This document shows, one piece after another, positions 1-13,135 of a DNA stretch of 64,000 bases. Each line of letters opens with the position of its first letter. Position 1 is the first letter of the stretch. This DNA comes from Octopus vulgaris (Eukaryota): the NCBI GenBank assembly GCA_951406725.2, contig OX597819.1:24552001-24616000 (forward strand), read 5' to 3'. The notes under the pieces were generated by a model. It was not told where the DNA came from, did not search any database, and saw only the letters and a list, made by a program, of their open reading frames with translations. A program made the translations under genes and the position numbers.

Positions 1-499
1 GACAAGGATTTATCTTAATGATGTAATAAATCAAGCAATGTAATGAGCGAAAATGCATTTTATCAATTCAATTACGCTCTTAATGAAAAAGAAAAGCCTT
101 AATGATAATTATTATCAAAGGAGAGCCATTTGTCAAAAATATCTTGTAACAGAAAAAGTCCGCCTTGTCTGGTGTAAGGTGGAATGTATCAAGGACTATA
201 TTATCCTGAATACTTTTATTACTTCCGCTTTTATGCCGACAGGACATTATTTGAGGGTCGTTTGGCTGATATTTCTGGCAAGTTATATGACAGTGCTCAT
301 AGCTTGCCTTTGTTGTTGTTCTGTTAGTGATTATTTATGAGACAAAATAGAGCATCGGACTTGATGTGTCACAACCTTTAGTTCCGTGTACTTACGTTCT
401 GAGATCCCTAATCTACTGGTACTAGCTCAATTCGATCGATTACACTTCTCACTGGTAAGCTTGAACTTGTGACACAGTTAGAAATCAATGATGGCTTCT

Positions 500-1710
500 C
501 TTTTAGCAACAAAGTCAATAATTTTAAGGAGAGAGAGACTAGTCAGTAGCATCAACCCCCAGCACATGACTGATACCTTATTTGATTGACTCCGAAAGGA
601 AAGAAGCAAAGTTGACCAAGAATGCAAAGAGTCCGAAGAAATAACGGAATTTTTTCCCGATACTCTAACGATTCTGCCAGCTCGCCGCCCTTATTATTAT
701 ACGCAATAAAAAATTAGAAACTAAGATGGCGAGCCGGCAGAAACGTTTGCACGCCGGGCAAAATGCTTAGCGGAATTTCGTCTGTTGTTACCTTCTGAAT
801 TCCACTGTATAAAATTCCACCGAGGTCGACTTTGCCTTTCACCCTTTCGGGGCCGATAAAATAAGTACCAATTAAACACTGGGGTCGATGTAATCGATTT
901 ACTTCCTTCCCCCCAAAATGCTGACTTCGTGCCAAAATTTGAAACCAATTAAATTAGAAACTGATCTGCTATAATTGAGTGGTAGACCCCTGACAAACAG
1001 AATTCACAACCCGTTTTTAATTTTCAGTTGAAAGCGTTGCACTTCACCCGAGTTAAGAGGTATTTCGTTCTGAGTTCAAATTCCGCCGAGGTTGACTTTG
1101 CCTTTCCTCCTTTCGTGGTCGATAAATTAAGTACCAGTTGAGTACAGGACTCGATAATGCAATCGACTATTTCCCTACCCCAAATTTCAGGCCTTGTACC
1201 TATAATAGAAAGGATTATTATTATTATTATTAGTATTATATTAAGGCGGCGCGCTGGCAGAATCATTAGCACACTGGATGAAATGTTTAGCGGTATTTCG
1301 CCCGTCGCTCCGTTTTGAGATCAAATTCCACCGAGCTCGACTTTGTCCTTCATCCTTTCGGGGTCGATAAATTAAATACCAGTTGAATGCTGGGGTCGAA
1401 GTAATCGACTAGTCTCCGCTCCCAAAATTGTTGCCCTTGTGGTAATCTTCTTCTTCATATTATTATTATTATTTTTTTTTTTTTTAATATTAAGGCGGTG
1501 AGATGGCAGAATCGTTACCACGCCAGGCGAAATGCCTAGCAGTATTTCGTTTGCCGCTATATTCTGAGTTCAAATTCCGCTGAGGTCGACTTTGCTCTTC
1601 ATCATTTCTGAGTCGATAAATTAAGTACCAGTTGAATGCTGGAATCGTTGTGACCGACTTTCCCTCTCCCCACAAAATCCAAGCCTTGTGCTTTTAGTAT
1701 AAAGGATTAT
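500..1710. mobile_element. Cluster of five tRNA-derived SINE family A copies (~500-690 minus; 724-948, 1058-1215, 1243-1440, 1492-1710 plus)
   Basis: Repeated head GGCGGCGAGCTGGCAGAA, B-box-like GAGTTCAAATTCC and central GGTCGACTTTGCCTTTCATCCTTTCGGGGTCGATAAA..AGTACCAG (resembles the MetaSINE central domain); ATT-rich tails. Confidence 0.85.
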
Positions 1711-2144
1711 TGTTATTGTTATTATTAATATTTGTAATTAAGACTGGATTATCTATTATTCATTTCGTTTTTTGTTTTTAAATAATGGTATAAAAAAGAA
1801 GTGATTTATATTTAGCAGCTCTTTCTAAGAAGCTCCTGGTAGTAAAAATACATGTTTACATTTCTGTTAATGAATTTTCCTAACAACTTTACCATCACAG
1901 CAAAACTATACAAGATATAAATTCTCCAAATGAAACAAGATAACGAGATTTTAATTTAAATTCTTACATCTCTGTTGAAGTTCAAACCGGATATTTTGAG
2001 TTTCTTTCAACACTGTAAACTCCCTAAATTGAAAATCTGTATATTTCTGGTTTTCTTTCTCTCTTCACCTATTCGTCTGTCTCTCTCTCTTCCCCTCTCT
2101 CTCTCTCTCTCTCTCTCTCCTATATATATACATACATATACATA

Positions 2145-2201
<57 letters not shown>

Positions 2202-2363
2202 GTATACGGGGGGGGGGGGGTGTTTATGCCTGTGTGTATATGTGCGTGAGAGCATGTATATATATATATATACATACATAAATCTACATAGAGACATATA
2301 TATGCATACATATATATTTATACAAATATGCACACAGACATATATACATATGTGTTTATGTGC

Positions 2364-2413
<50 letters not shown>

Positions 2414-2935
2414 ATATATGTGTGTATATATGTATATATACGTGTGTGTATGCTTAAGCGTTTACCAAACTGTATTAACCTTGGTATACATTTCACCACT
2501 ACATAACTTGCATTCTACCAAGGAAGACTTAAGCAAAATAAGAACATGCTCTAACCCATGTAAGTAAACCAAATCAAAAGGATAGTCACAATGAGCAGAG
2601 AAATTAGCGAGAATTGAAACGCATGATACATAACCAGGGAAATTACTTCGTTAGCAGCCAATTGGATAGCAATGCGATTTCGTCGCCGAAAATCAACATT
2701 ACTGCTCCTGATAATGTCAAATAAATAGCAATAAAGACATATTTGTAACTCTGGAAATATAGAAACGTAAGTGTCTGTCCTCAGAATGTCAATCACATAC
2801 TTACAAATTGTAAACAATAACACATATCACGAAAATAAAGCATTTGCAAAAGCTAATTATTAAAAAAAATTAGCAGATATATGTGAAATACTAATAAAGA
2901 AAATAGTATTACATATATAAAAATATATTAATACC

Positions 2936-3230
2936 TATTTCTTTACTATCCACAAGGGACTAAACACAGAAAGGACAAACAAGGACAGACAAACAGATTA
3001 AGTCGATTATATCGACCCCAGTGCATAACTGGTACTTAATTTATCGACCCCGAAAGGATGAAAGGCAAAGTCGACCTCGGCGGAATTTGAACTCAGAATG
3101 TAACGGCAGACAAAATACCGCTAAGCATTTTGCCCGGCATGCTAACGTTTCTGCCAGCTCGCCGCCTTATCTGCCAGCTCGCCGCCTTATCTGCCAGCTC
3201 ACCGCCTTATCTGCTAGCTCGCCGCCTTAT
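2936..3230 (-). mobile_element. Young SINE family A copy with quadruplicated 5' end
   Basis: Near-consensus body; TSD ATATATTAATACC at 2923-2935 and 3234-3246; 20-bp unit CTGCCAGCTCGCCGCCTTAT x4 at 3151-3230. Confidence 0.9.
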
Positions 3231-3249
3231 ATTATATATTAATACCAAT

Positions 3250-3440
3250 GATTCTTTCTGCTATAGGCAGATGGCCTGAAATTTTGGGGTAGTGGGCTAG
3301 TCGATTGCATCGACTGGTACTTATGTTATCGACCCAGGAAAGATGAAAGGCAAAGTCGACCTCGACAGAACGTAAATCTGGAAGAAACGCCGCTACGCAT
3401 TCTGTCCGGGGCGGTAATCATTCTACTAACTCACAGCCTT
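3250..3440 (-). mobile_element. Diverged SINE family A copy
   Basis: GATGAAAGGCAAAGTCGACCTCG and a degenerate head. Confidence 0.75.
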
Positions 3441-3456
3441 TATATTAATAATAATG

Positions 3457-3494
<38 letters not shown>

Positions 3495-3495
<1 letters not shown>

Positions 3496-3905
3496 GGCGC
3501 AGCAGTGGCTGTGTGGTAAGTAGCTTGCTAACCAACCACATGGTTCCGGGTTCAGTCCCACTGCGTGGCATCTTGGGTAAGTGTCTTCTGCTATAGCCCC
3601 GGGCCGACCAATGCCTTGTGAGTGGATTTGGTAGACGGAAACTGAAAGAAGCCTGTCGTATATATGTATATATATATATGTGTGTGTGTGTTTGTGTGTC
3701 TGTGTTTGTCCCCCCTAGCATTGTGTGACAACCGATGCTGGTGTGTTTACGTCCCCGTCACTTAGCGGTTCAGCAAAAGAGACCGATAGAATAAGTATTG
3801 GGCTTATAAAGAATAAGTCCTGGGGTCGATTTGCTCGACTAAAGGCGGTGCTCCAGCATGGCCGCAGTCAAATGACTGAAACAAGTAAAAGAGTAAAGAG
3901 TAAAA
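3495..3905 (+). mobile_element. tRNA-derived SINE family B inside an (AAT)n tract
   Basis: GGCGCAG..GTGGCTGTGTGGTAAG head, GGTTCAGTCCC B-box, CORE-like CTTGGG(C/T)AAGTG, internal TA/TG microsatellite, GACTGAAACAAGTAAAAGAG tail. Confidence 0.9.
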
Positions 3906-3906
3906 G

Positions 3907-3991
<85 letters not shown>

Positions 3992-4011
3992 TAATAATAA
4001 TAATAATAATT

Positions 4012-4565
4012 GCCCTGATGCAGTACCAGGCAGTGGCTCTCGTGGATTCTGATCTTAACTGATTGGAAGTGTTATCATGTACATTGTTTTGTCTTGGTAT
4101 AAAAGATGGGCTACAGCAAATATTCTGCTCAATACCACAGATTTGCTTGTCAGTTGTTTGACCTTAACCAGTTGACCATGTCCCTTAGTGGCTGACGATA
4201 TGTGCATCTCTGATCACGAGCAGAAGTAGTGGGGGAGCATCATAGTCATGTGTTGAGAGGGATTCTTTGGGGTTTGAATAATTCAACTCTGGAAACATGG
4301 GTGGTTCTTTCAACATCCTTAAACGACCCTTATTCAGGGACCTTTTGAGCGGGATGGGCTACTCAACCTGAAGAAAATTCTAACTAGGCCCCACCTGCAA
4401 GGTCATGTGCTGTTTATCTTGATATGAGATCACCATGTCGCGCACATATGGTTGTGATGCATGTGCCTGGTGTACCCTTATCAGACGGGTAGTCATGATG
4501 GGTATATTGGGCTTCGTATATTTTACCCCAGTGTCACTTTGATGGCATGCACTGCTCTCTCACTC
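4012..4565 (+). mobile_element. ~550-bp non-coding repeat (family D) flanked by (AAT)n on both sides
   Basis: GCCCTGATGCAGTACC...GCACTGCTCTCTCACTC; homologous copies at 22741-23114 and 23199-23696; no ORF, no TIR. Confidence 0.8.
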
Positions 4566-4597
<32 letters not shown>

Positions 4598-4638
4598 TAA
4601 TAATAATAATAATAATGATAATAATAATAATAATAATG

Positions 4639-4707
<69 letters not shown>

Positions 4708-4708
<1 letters not shown>

Positions 4709-5481
4709 GGTATATACTCGAGTGACAGTCGATCACGTGTAAAAGTTGACCCCCTATTTTGGGCCCAAAAATTGCTAATTTTCCATAGAACCTGTATAAA
4801 ATTTGAACCTAATATGTCACGAACAACAGGCCAACATTTGTGGGTCAAGGTACCGTATTATCCTGTACGTAGAAATAACTCTTTCGCAAAACTGTGTGGC
4901 AACCTTAGCTACTCTATAGGTGGAATGCTTGGTGCTTATAATGGAATGCTCGTTTCTTATTGTAAAACACCATTTAATAGCTAGCATTACAGATCTGTTG
5001 AAGGGTGCTACATCATCTTTACTAAAATGTATGCACAGGATATACTGCAGGCCTGCATGCATCTTCAAGCACAATAAACACATGCGTCATACACTCGTTG
5101 TTTACATGGTGAGATACGCGTTTCACAGGCAGCACTATTGGCGATCACTGGCAAACACCACTCTCTGAATTCGTGCAAAAGCGTGACTTTGATAAAGCCT
5201 TAAAACATTCAATTAATCACTAGTGATTTCCAAGCAACCTTTATACTTTACTAGGACGTGTGTTTTTAAGCATAGAATTGGTAATATTACTGTAATTCAG
5301 TGTGTGTGTGTGTGTGTTTTATTCGCTTAGAAATCAATTCGGCTTCTGCTGCTGATACGGTACTTTGGATTCTAGCTTGAATTTCAGCCCCTCAAAAGTA
5401 GTATCCATGTAATAGTCGACCCCATAAATTTAACCACAAAAAAAGGTCTAAAAAATTCGAGTTTTACACGAGTATATACGA
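4708..5481. mobile_element. Tc1/mariner-superfamily (Tc2/pogo-like) non-autonomous element
   Basis: Imperfect TIRs TA|CGGTATATACTCGAGTG ... TTTTACACGAGTATATACG; subterminal G(T/C)GACCCC motifs. Confidence 0.65.
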
Positions 5482-5483
5482 CC

Positions 5484-5575
5484 AAGAAGAAGAAGAAGAA
5501 GAAAAGAAGAAGAAGAAGAAGAAGAAGAAGAAGAAGAAGAAGAAGAAGAAGAAGAAGAAGAAGAAGAAGAAGAAG

Positions 5576-5604
<29 letters not shown>
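5484..5604. repeat. (AAG)n microsatellite
   Basis: Direct reading. Confidence 0.98.
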
Positions 5605-5606
<2 letters not shown>

Positions 5607-6609
5607 TAAGAATCATAACAAACATTCTTTACAGGTAAAAGACGAGATTTTAATGCATAGATTAGATGATCAACGCTCAGTCACAGATCATATTGCGACA
5701 GGAACACATTTCCTCTGCCTAGCTAACCTTAGAAAAGACCGAATACTGGTAGAACTGGCTCTCGCGAAGGAAGACACGGCCTAAAAGTGTAAATGATCGT
5801 CGTTAGGCAGGGACAGGGACAGAAAAGGGAGAAAATCCAAAGCGAATCCATTATTATAGCATTCAGTCAAATCGCAAGGGTAATGTTTATATGACTCAGA
5901 GGTACATTCTTAACTATTTTTCAACTAAACTCACCACCACTATTTGCAGTACTTTGCATTAAGTTCAAGATTCTTATTTGCAAGACTGAAATAAATCCAG
6001 GCTTCTTAACATATCGTTGTGTAAATCTAGAGTGTAATTAAATTACTTGATTAATCTGTTATTGCATTAAAATCTTGTCTAACCACCTGTTTTATAAGAT
6101 TAATAGTCACATGTATCAAAAACACACACCTGCTCACTATACTTCTATATCTTATAATCTGCACAGCAAATGCGTTATATTCCAGATATCACAAATAGGT
6201 GTGCTGCTATCTGCACAAAACATCACTGTAGTGTTGAATTTTTAATTCACTAGATTTATTACGAATTTTAATTACTAATCTCAACTGACGCGTCCAAATA
6301 ATTAATTTTATTTACTTCCAAATAACTATTTGGAATAAATCTATGTAGAAAATTCTTGAAAAACAAAGGAAGAAAAAGCTATTGGGAACGAATACATAAT
6401 ATACACCTGCAAGACCCAATGAGTTACCTGACTACAACTGCCTATATATTAATAACTTTACTATGAAAACCAAATTTACAAGCCTGCCAACGGTGGGCTA
6501 CAATTACCTACCAATGGAATAGCACTAACCAGTTTAAAATGCATGGAGAGAGAGAGAGGGGGGGGGACTGCATTAACACAAGGATTGTATACACATTTCA
6601 GCAAAGCAA

Positions 6610-6732
6610 TTGGATTTTTGTGAAGTGATGTGCATTGCTCAAAGACACATTGCAATATATCCGGTCCAGGAATGGAAACAGCAACCTTGGCATCGTGAGT
6701 CCAACACACAAACCACTAGGCCATGCGCCTTC
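6610..6732 (-). mobile_element. Diverged tRNA/CORE-type SINE
   Basis: Minus strand reads GAAGGCGCATGGCCTAGTGG..GTGTCTTTGAGCAATGCAC; related plus-strand head at 7232-7325. Confidence 0.6.
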
Positions 6733-7351
6733 ACACACACACACGCACATAAACATGTACGTCTAATTGATTTTGTTGTTATTCCTGTTTGTATTTTTGA
6801 TTTGCCTATGTATGTGTGTGTATGTGCGTGTATGTGCGTGTATGTGCGTGTGTGTGCGTATGTGTGTGTGTGTTTGCAAAGCCAGCGGCATTTCCTACAT
6901 TAATCCAACACAACAAATGTATGCATATCCCTGATATACAAATGAATCTGAATAAGAAACCAGATTTTCTCTAAATCTTAACATTTTATAAGCGATAGAT
7001 AAAAACATCATCTATACTAAATGCACCCTACTCTGATCATATCACACTGATTATATTTTTACATGTGTTGGTTTAATTACCAGATATCGCTTCTGTATCA
7101 TATGTGTGTATCTGTGTGCGTGTGTGCAATATATTTAACACGCACACGTTACACACACATACACACACACACATGTGTGTAAAATATTAATGTATATAAC
7201 ATAGTTATAGATGGCTCTGTATATATGTGTAAAGGCGCATGGCTCAGTGGCTTAACGTCGGGCTCACAATTAGGAGGTAGTGTGTTCGATTCCTGTTCTT
7301 GTCTTGAGCAAGACACTTTATTTCCTAATAACAATAATAATTATTATTATT

Positions 7352-7755
7352 AAGGCGGTGAGCTGGCAGAATCGTAAGCACGCCGGACGAAATGTTTAGC
7401 GGTATTTCGTCTGCGTTACGTTGTGAGTTCAAATTCCACCGAGGTCAACTTTGCCTTTCATCCTTTCGGGGTCGATAAATTAAGTACCAGTTACGCACTG
7501 GGGTCGATGTAATCGACTTAATACCTATGTCTGTCCTTGTTTGTCCCCTCTGTGTTTAGCCCCTTGTGGGTAATGAAGAAATAGGTATTTCGTCTGCCGC
7601 TACGTTCCGAGTTCAAATTCCACAGAGGTCGACTTTGCCTTCAATCCTTTCGGTGTCGATAAATTAAGTACCACTTAATTAAGTCCTGGGGTCGAAATAA
7701 TTGACTAGTCCTCTTCCCACAAAATGCAAGGCTTGTGCCTATAGTAGAAAGAATA
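7352..7755 (+). mobile_element. Nested or dimeric SINE family A
   Basis: Head+body+tail ...GAAATA joined to GGTATTTCGTC, followed by a second body with a different tail. Confidence 0.85.
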
Positions 7756-7788
7756 ATAATTATTATTATTACTAATATTATTATTATT

Positions 7789-9780
7789 CAGTAGTCTTTT
7801 TATCACGTGCTTTCACTGCACTACGAGCACAGCTCTGTGTGCCTTGGAATGTGCTGTGGTTTGTTGTGGTACTCTTATTTTGGTGTATTAAAAGTGTTTT
7901 ACGTAGATTGTGTGTGGTGCCTAGTGGTGCTATTTTCTGTATGCAATATATACTTCTACGTCCTGGTGTTTTTGTTATGTATTTGCCTGAATGATTTTTT
8001 TATCATACTTAAGGCGCCTACAATAATAGGAATTGCTTCTGTTTTTTAGGCTCCACTTTCGAGTTACATCTATTTCCAGATCTTTGTATTTTGAAAGTTT
8101 CTAGGTTTCTCTTCGAGAATCGTTGTCATCTGTTAGTATTGATATATTGATTAGAAAGCCTTTTTGTTTCTTGGTGATCTCTGACAACTACATCCGGCAT
8201 ATTAATTTTAATTTCTCTATCTGTGTGCATTGGCATATCCCAAAGTATGGTTGCGTTCTCATTTTCTGACCTTTTCTGAGGTATGCCTATACCATCTTTT
8301 TTCTGTTGTTATTCCATAGTGTTGGCATAGCTTCCAGTGTATATAAGTCCCAACTCTGTCATGTCTGTGAATATATTCCTTATTAGCCAGGACTGGGCAG
8401 CTAGAGATAATATGATTTGTTTCTTCTCCATCACCACATATTCTGCAGTTACTTGTATTTCTTTTCTTTACGTGTTATTGGTGATTTCTGGTGGGGAGGT
8501 TTTGATATTTCTGGTACAATGAAAAGTGCTTCTGCTCTTGCTTTGAATCCTGAGTTTCTCAGCCAGTGTTTGGATTTTACTTTGTCTATTTCTTATCTGT
8601 TTAGCTTAAACCGATATTTGCTTTTCTTGTCATTGTTTTATCTTGGTACATTGCTGTTCCAGTTTTAGTTTGGATGTCAGTTGTTTTACAGCTTTTATTG
8701 TTTCTTCTTTTTCTTCGTAGTTGTTAGATACTATGACTTCTTTTTGGTATTTGTGAACTTCCTTAAAGACAGAAAACAGTTTTTTGATTTGGTCGTGTTT
8801 TGTAGCTATTTGTATTAGTTTTCCTTGATTCTGAAGTAGGTGTTCATACCTATTATCTTGTTTTTCGCATTGAGCTCTGTTTTCAGTTTTAATCTAAGTC
8901 GTCTATAGCATTTCTTTCTTATATTTTTTTTCATTTCTGTGTGTTGTATCGTATCTAGTTCATTGATTCTCAAATATTTGTCTGTCTGGCTTTGGTCTTA
9001 TTTCATTTGCTTTATCTCGTGTGATGTTACTCTTAATTAGTTTTCCACTTTTCTAGGCTTTTTTGCACATTTTTACTCAGCCTAATTTCATGTTTATTTC
9101 TTTGGTAAATCCATGTACTGTCTGTAGTAATGTTTCCAGCTGTTTATCATTTGTAGCATGAGATTGTTATGCCGTAACGGTTGTCTGCACATCCAGTTCT
9201 GCTTAGCATAGAAAAAGTTATCAGTGCCAAGCAGAAAAAGTGTGGAAAGTGAGTCTTCCTGGAATATTCCTCTTCTAATGAGGATGCCTTTGGTTTTTAT
9301 GAGTCCCTCTTTTGTCTGGAGCTGTAGCAATGTTTGCCATTTATTCACGGAATGTTTTATATATATTTATGATTATTGGTGCTACACTATTCATGGCTTG
9401 TGTTTCTAGGATTCATGTGTGGGGTAAACTATCAAAATCCTTTCGATAATCGAGGCAAGCCATACTTAGACCCCTCTTCTTTTTGCAGCTGTCTTGAGTT
9501 ATGGCTTTATTGATCGGTATTTGATCTTTACAGCCGTATGAACTTTTGCAGCATCCCTTCTTCTCTTCTGGAAACAGTTTATTTTCTTCCAAGTATTAGT
9601 CCATTCTCTGCGATATTATTGTACTAAATGTTTTGTAAATTGTTAGGAGACAAGTTATCAGTTTGCAATTTTGTGGATTTACCGTTTCAATGGATTTGGG
9701 AGTTAGGATAGATTTCCCTTCGGTGAGCCATTCAGGCAATGTCTCTGGCTCTGCTAGTATTTCATTAAATTTCTCATCAA
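7789..9780 (-). mobile_element. 5'-truncated, decayed R4/Dong-clade non-LTR retrotransposon (RT + RLE)
   Basis: PEWLTEGKSILTPK..ITCLLTIYK and IRRGIFQEDSLS (RT); HRHDRVG and ATILWD..PDVVV (RLE region); 3' end runs directly into (AAT)n. Confidence 0.85.
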
Positions 9781-9960
9781 CATGAAATGGGTTCCACAAG
9801 ATTAATTTGAATGCTTCCAGCGCAGAGAGACGCACGTAATGACCAGAGAGCCGCAGCTGTCTTTGTCTGATTTCGCTAACTTTAGGCTGGTTTCCATAAA
9901 GGCATTTATTTGTCATATGTTGCCGCCATTTCATATTTAGGGCCATTCGTAGCATCTTAG
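9781..9960 (-). mobile_element. RTE-clade LINE fragment (post-RT region)
   Basis: MLRMALNMKWRQHMTNKCLYG..IRQRQLRLSGHYVR..KLILWNP matches the RTE C-terminal pattern. Confidence 0.75.
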
Positions 9961-10356
9961 ATGTAAAGTATATTATAATAGAAGCCTAATTATAATTAGA
10001 CTAGCTGTGAAAGTAGGCCGAGGCCGAGTCCTACAGTCAACATCAGATACAACGATTCCAACAGAATTAATTGTATTTACTGCCGCTGTATCAATTAGAT
10101 TAAAGTTAATTTCTCTGGATATTTGCTTCAACTGGAGAACATAAATACATACATACACACATACATGCATACATGCATTCACACATTACATATGGACATA
10201 GGAATTCAGTAAGCGTAGACTACCAGAGACACATATGAACACACACATACACACACACACTTACACACACATGAGAAAGAGGGAGATAGAGTGGGAGTGA
10301 ATGTATGTGTGTTTCTATGTATGTATGTATGTATGTATGTATGTGTGTGTGTGTGT

Positions 10357-11660
10357 GTATGCGTGCATGTATGCATGTATGCTTGTGTGTATTTGTGTGT
10401 GTGTGTATGCGTGCATGTATGCATGTATGCTTGTATGTATTTGTGTGTGTGTGTGTATGCGTGCATGTATGTATGTATGCTTGTGTGTATTTGTGTGTGT
10501 GTGTGTATGCGTGCATGTATGTATGTATGCTTGTATGTATTTGTGTGTGTGTGTGTATGCGTGCATGTATGTATGTATGCTTGTGTGTATTTGTGTGTGT
10601 GTGTGTATGCGTGCATGTATGCATGTATGCTTGTATGTATTTGTGTGTGTGTGTGTATGCGTGCATGTATGTATGTATGCTTGTATGTATTTGTGTGTGT
10701 GTGTGTGTATGCGTGCATGTATGCATGTATGCTTGTATGTATTTGTGTGTGTGTGTGTATGCGTGCATGTATGCATGTATGCTTGTATGTATTTGTGTGT
10801 GTGTGTGTATGCGTGCATGTATGCATGTATGCTTGTGTGTATTTGTGTGTGTGTGTATGCGTGCATGTATGCATGTATGCTTGTATGTATTTGTGTGTGT
10901 GTGTGTGTATGCGTGCATGTATGCATGTATGCTTGTATGTATTTGTGTGTGTGTGTGTATGCGTGCATGTATGCATGTATGCTTGTATGTATTTGTGTGT
11001 GTGTGTATGCGTGCATGTATGTATGTATGCTTGTATGTATTTGTGTGTGTGTGTGTATGCGTGCATGTATGCATGTATGCTTGTATATATTTGTGTGTGT
11101 GTGTGTATGCGTGCATGTATGTATGTATGCTTGTATGTATTTGTGTGTGTGTGTGTATGCGTGCATGTATGTATGTATGCTTGTATGTATTTGTGTGTGT
11201 GTGTGTATGCGTGCATGTATGCATGTATGCTTGTATGTATTTGTGTGTGTGTGTATGCGTGCATGTATGCATGTATGCTTGTATGTATTTGTGTGTGTGT
11301 GTGTATGCGTGCATGTATGTATGTATGCTTGTATGTATTTGTGTGTGTGTGTGTATGCGTGCATGTATGCATGTATGCTTGTATGTATTTGTGTGTGTGT
11401 GTGTATGCGTGCATGTATGCATGTATGCTTGTATGTATTTGTGTGTGTGTGTGTATGCGTGCATGTATGCATGTATGCTTGTATGTATTTGTGTGTGTGT
11501 GTGTATGCGTGCATGTATGCATGTATGCTTGTATGTATTTGTGTGTGTGTGTGTATGCGTGCATGTATGCATGTATACTTCTATGTATTTGTGTGTGTGT
11601 ATGCGTGCATGTATGTATTTGTGTGTGTGTATGCGTGCCTGTATGCATGTATGCTTGTAT
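10357..11660. repeat. ~50-bp minisatellite, about 26 copies
   Basis: Unit GTATGCGTGCATGTATG(C/T)ATGTATGCTTGT(A/G)TGTATTT(GT)n; accounts for the six 400-500 aa pseudo-ORFs. Confidence 0.97.
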
Positions 11661-12126
11661 GCATTTGTGTGTGTGTGAGTGTATGTGTTAAACACGTAAC
11701 TGCACCGAAAAGAGGACAAAATTTAATCGACGCCATGTAAATATAAACCGACATCACAAACGTAAAAGCGTTTCTCTCGCTCTCGCCTCGTTTTGTTTAT
11801 AGTTGACTTCGTATTTCTCTGGGAATAGAATCGGAACAGCAAATTGCAGTTTTATTCAACTTCTCGTTGCTGATGTTGGTGTTGTTATTGTCTTCGTTGT
11901 TTTTGTTGTCCTATATCTCTGTGTCAGCCCCTATCGATCAGCTCCTTTGGTTAGAACGTCCACCTATAACCATCCCGTCTTTTTCTCTTCCTTTTTAGAG
12001 AACCACATTAAATGAAGTACTTTGTACTTGAAAAGGCAGGGCGTCACTCGAAGGAAATTTGGCTGTTATATGTAGCAGAGTGATTGACCACGTGCAACTT
12101 AATTTCTGGTTTCTGTTTCATATACA

Positions 12127-12127
<1 letters not shown>

Positions 12128-12157
<30 letters not shown>

Positions 12158-12250
12158 CTTCTTCTTCTTCTTCTTCTTCTTCTTCTTCTTCTTCTTCTTC
12201 TTCTTCTTCTTCTTCTTCTTCTTCTTCTTCTTCTTCTTCTTCTTCTTCTT
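12128..12250. repeat. (CTT)n microsatellite
   Basis: Direct reading. Confidence 0.98.
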
Positions 12251-12917
12251 GGTAAGTGTCTTCTACTATAACCTCGAGCCGACCAAAGCCTTGTGAGTGG
12301 ATTTAGTAGACAAAACTGAGAGAAGCCCGTCGTATATATGTATATATCTATTATATAAAATCCGTTCTATCTGCTTGTGTGTGTGTGTCTTCTAGGATCT
12401 CGGGCACCCTCCATCCGACTGCACTCAAATTTGATACGTAGATACCGACGGTATCAAGGCGTGTATAAGTCTTGAAAAAATTAAAATCGATTCGAGGTGA
12501 GAATGCGACGAATAAGGCGGTGGGAATGTGCACTTGTACGCGCAAGTACATCAGCTGTTGCGATCGATATTACGCGTACACGAGAAAAATGCACGTTGCT
12601 TTTGTACTGCTTAAAGGCATGTTTCTTTCCTGCCAAGCTTACTATTTAAACTATGTTTGTGTTCTCCCTGTCAACAGCCTTATCATTACTGGTACTTTAA
12701 ACTCTTCGGTTGCATATTTGTGTGAATAAAATCGTTTTTCTTTGGAAAAGAAAAAAGTCTATCTTTATTTCTTCTTTTGCTGGTGTTTCAAATTTAGGTT
12801 AAATCAGTGTTTCTCAAAGGGGTGGCCTATGGGACGGTCGGACAAGTTGTTTTGAGAAAATTTGGTTTAAATGTTTGACAACTCAGCACCGTCCATTGGA
12901 CGGGGGCGTTTTGCTCG

Positions 12918-12952
<35 letters not shown>

Positions 12953-13105
12953 ATTTATATCCCTATTATCGCTGGACAACCGGTGTTGGGGTGTTTACGC
13001 CCTCGTAACATTGGAATAAGTACTAGGCTTAAAACTAGAGTCGATTTGTTCGACTAAAATCCTTCACGCCGGTGCTCCACTGACTGAAACAAGTAAAAAG
13101 AACCA
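12250..13105 (+). mobile_element. 5'-truncated SINE family B split by a Helitron
   Basis: GGTAAGTGTCTTCTACTATA..GAAGCCCGTCGTATA before the insert; GACAACCGGTGTTGG..GACTGAAACAAGTAAAA after it. Confidence 0.8.
12347..12917 (+). mobile_element. Non-autonomous Helitron (family 2)
   Basis: 5' TCTATTATATAAAA; 3' hairpin CCGTCCA-TTGGACGG then ..TGCTCG; inserted between A and T with no TSD. Confidence 0.75.
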
Positions 13106-13135
13106 AAGAGTAGCATACAAAGAATAACATTTCAT

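Noticed and set aside
3151-3230. CRISPR-like repeat array
   Set aside because: No spacers; eukaryotic SINE-derived tandem repeat
4337-4458. HDV-like ribozyme fold in family D (GGGACCT..GC-CCCACCT-GC-AAGGTCAT..CATA-TGGTT)
   Set aside because: P3 pairing differs among the three copies, P1 has a mismatch, J4/2 is non-canonical and the position is internal; not supportable without a covariance search
10206-11740. 400-500 aa ORFs in all six frames
   Set aside because: Translations of a stop-free minisatellite, not proteins
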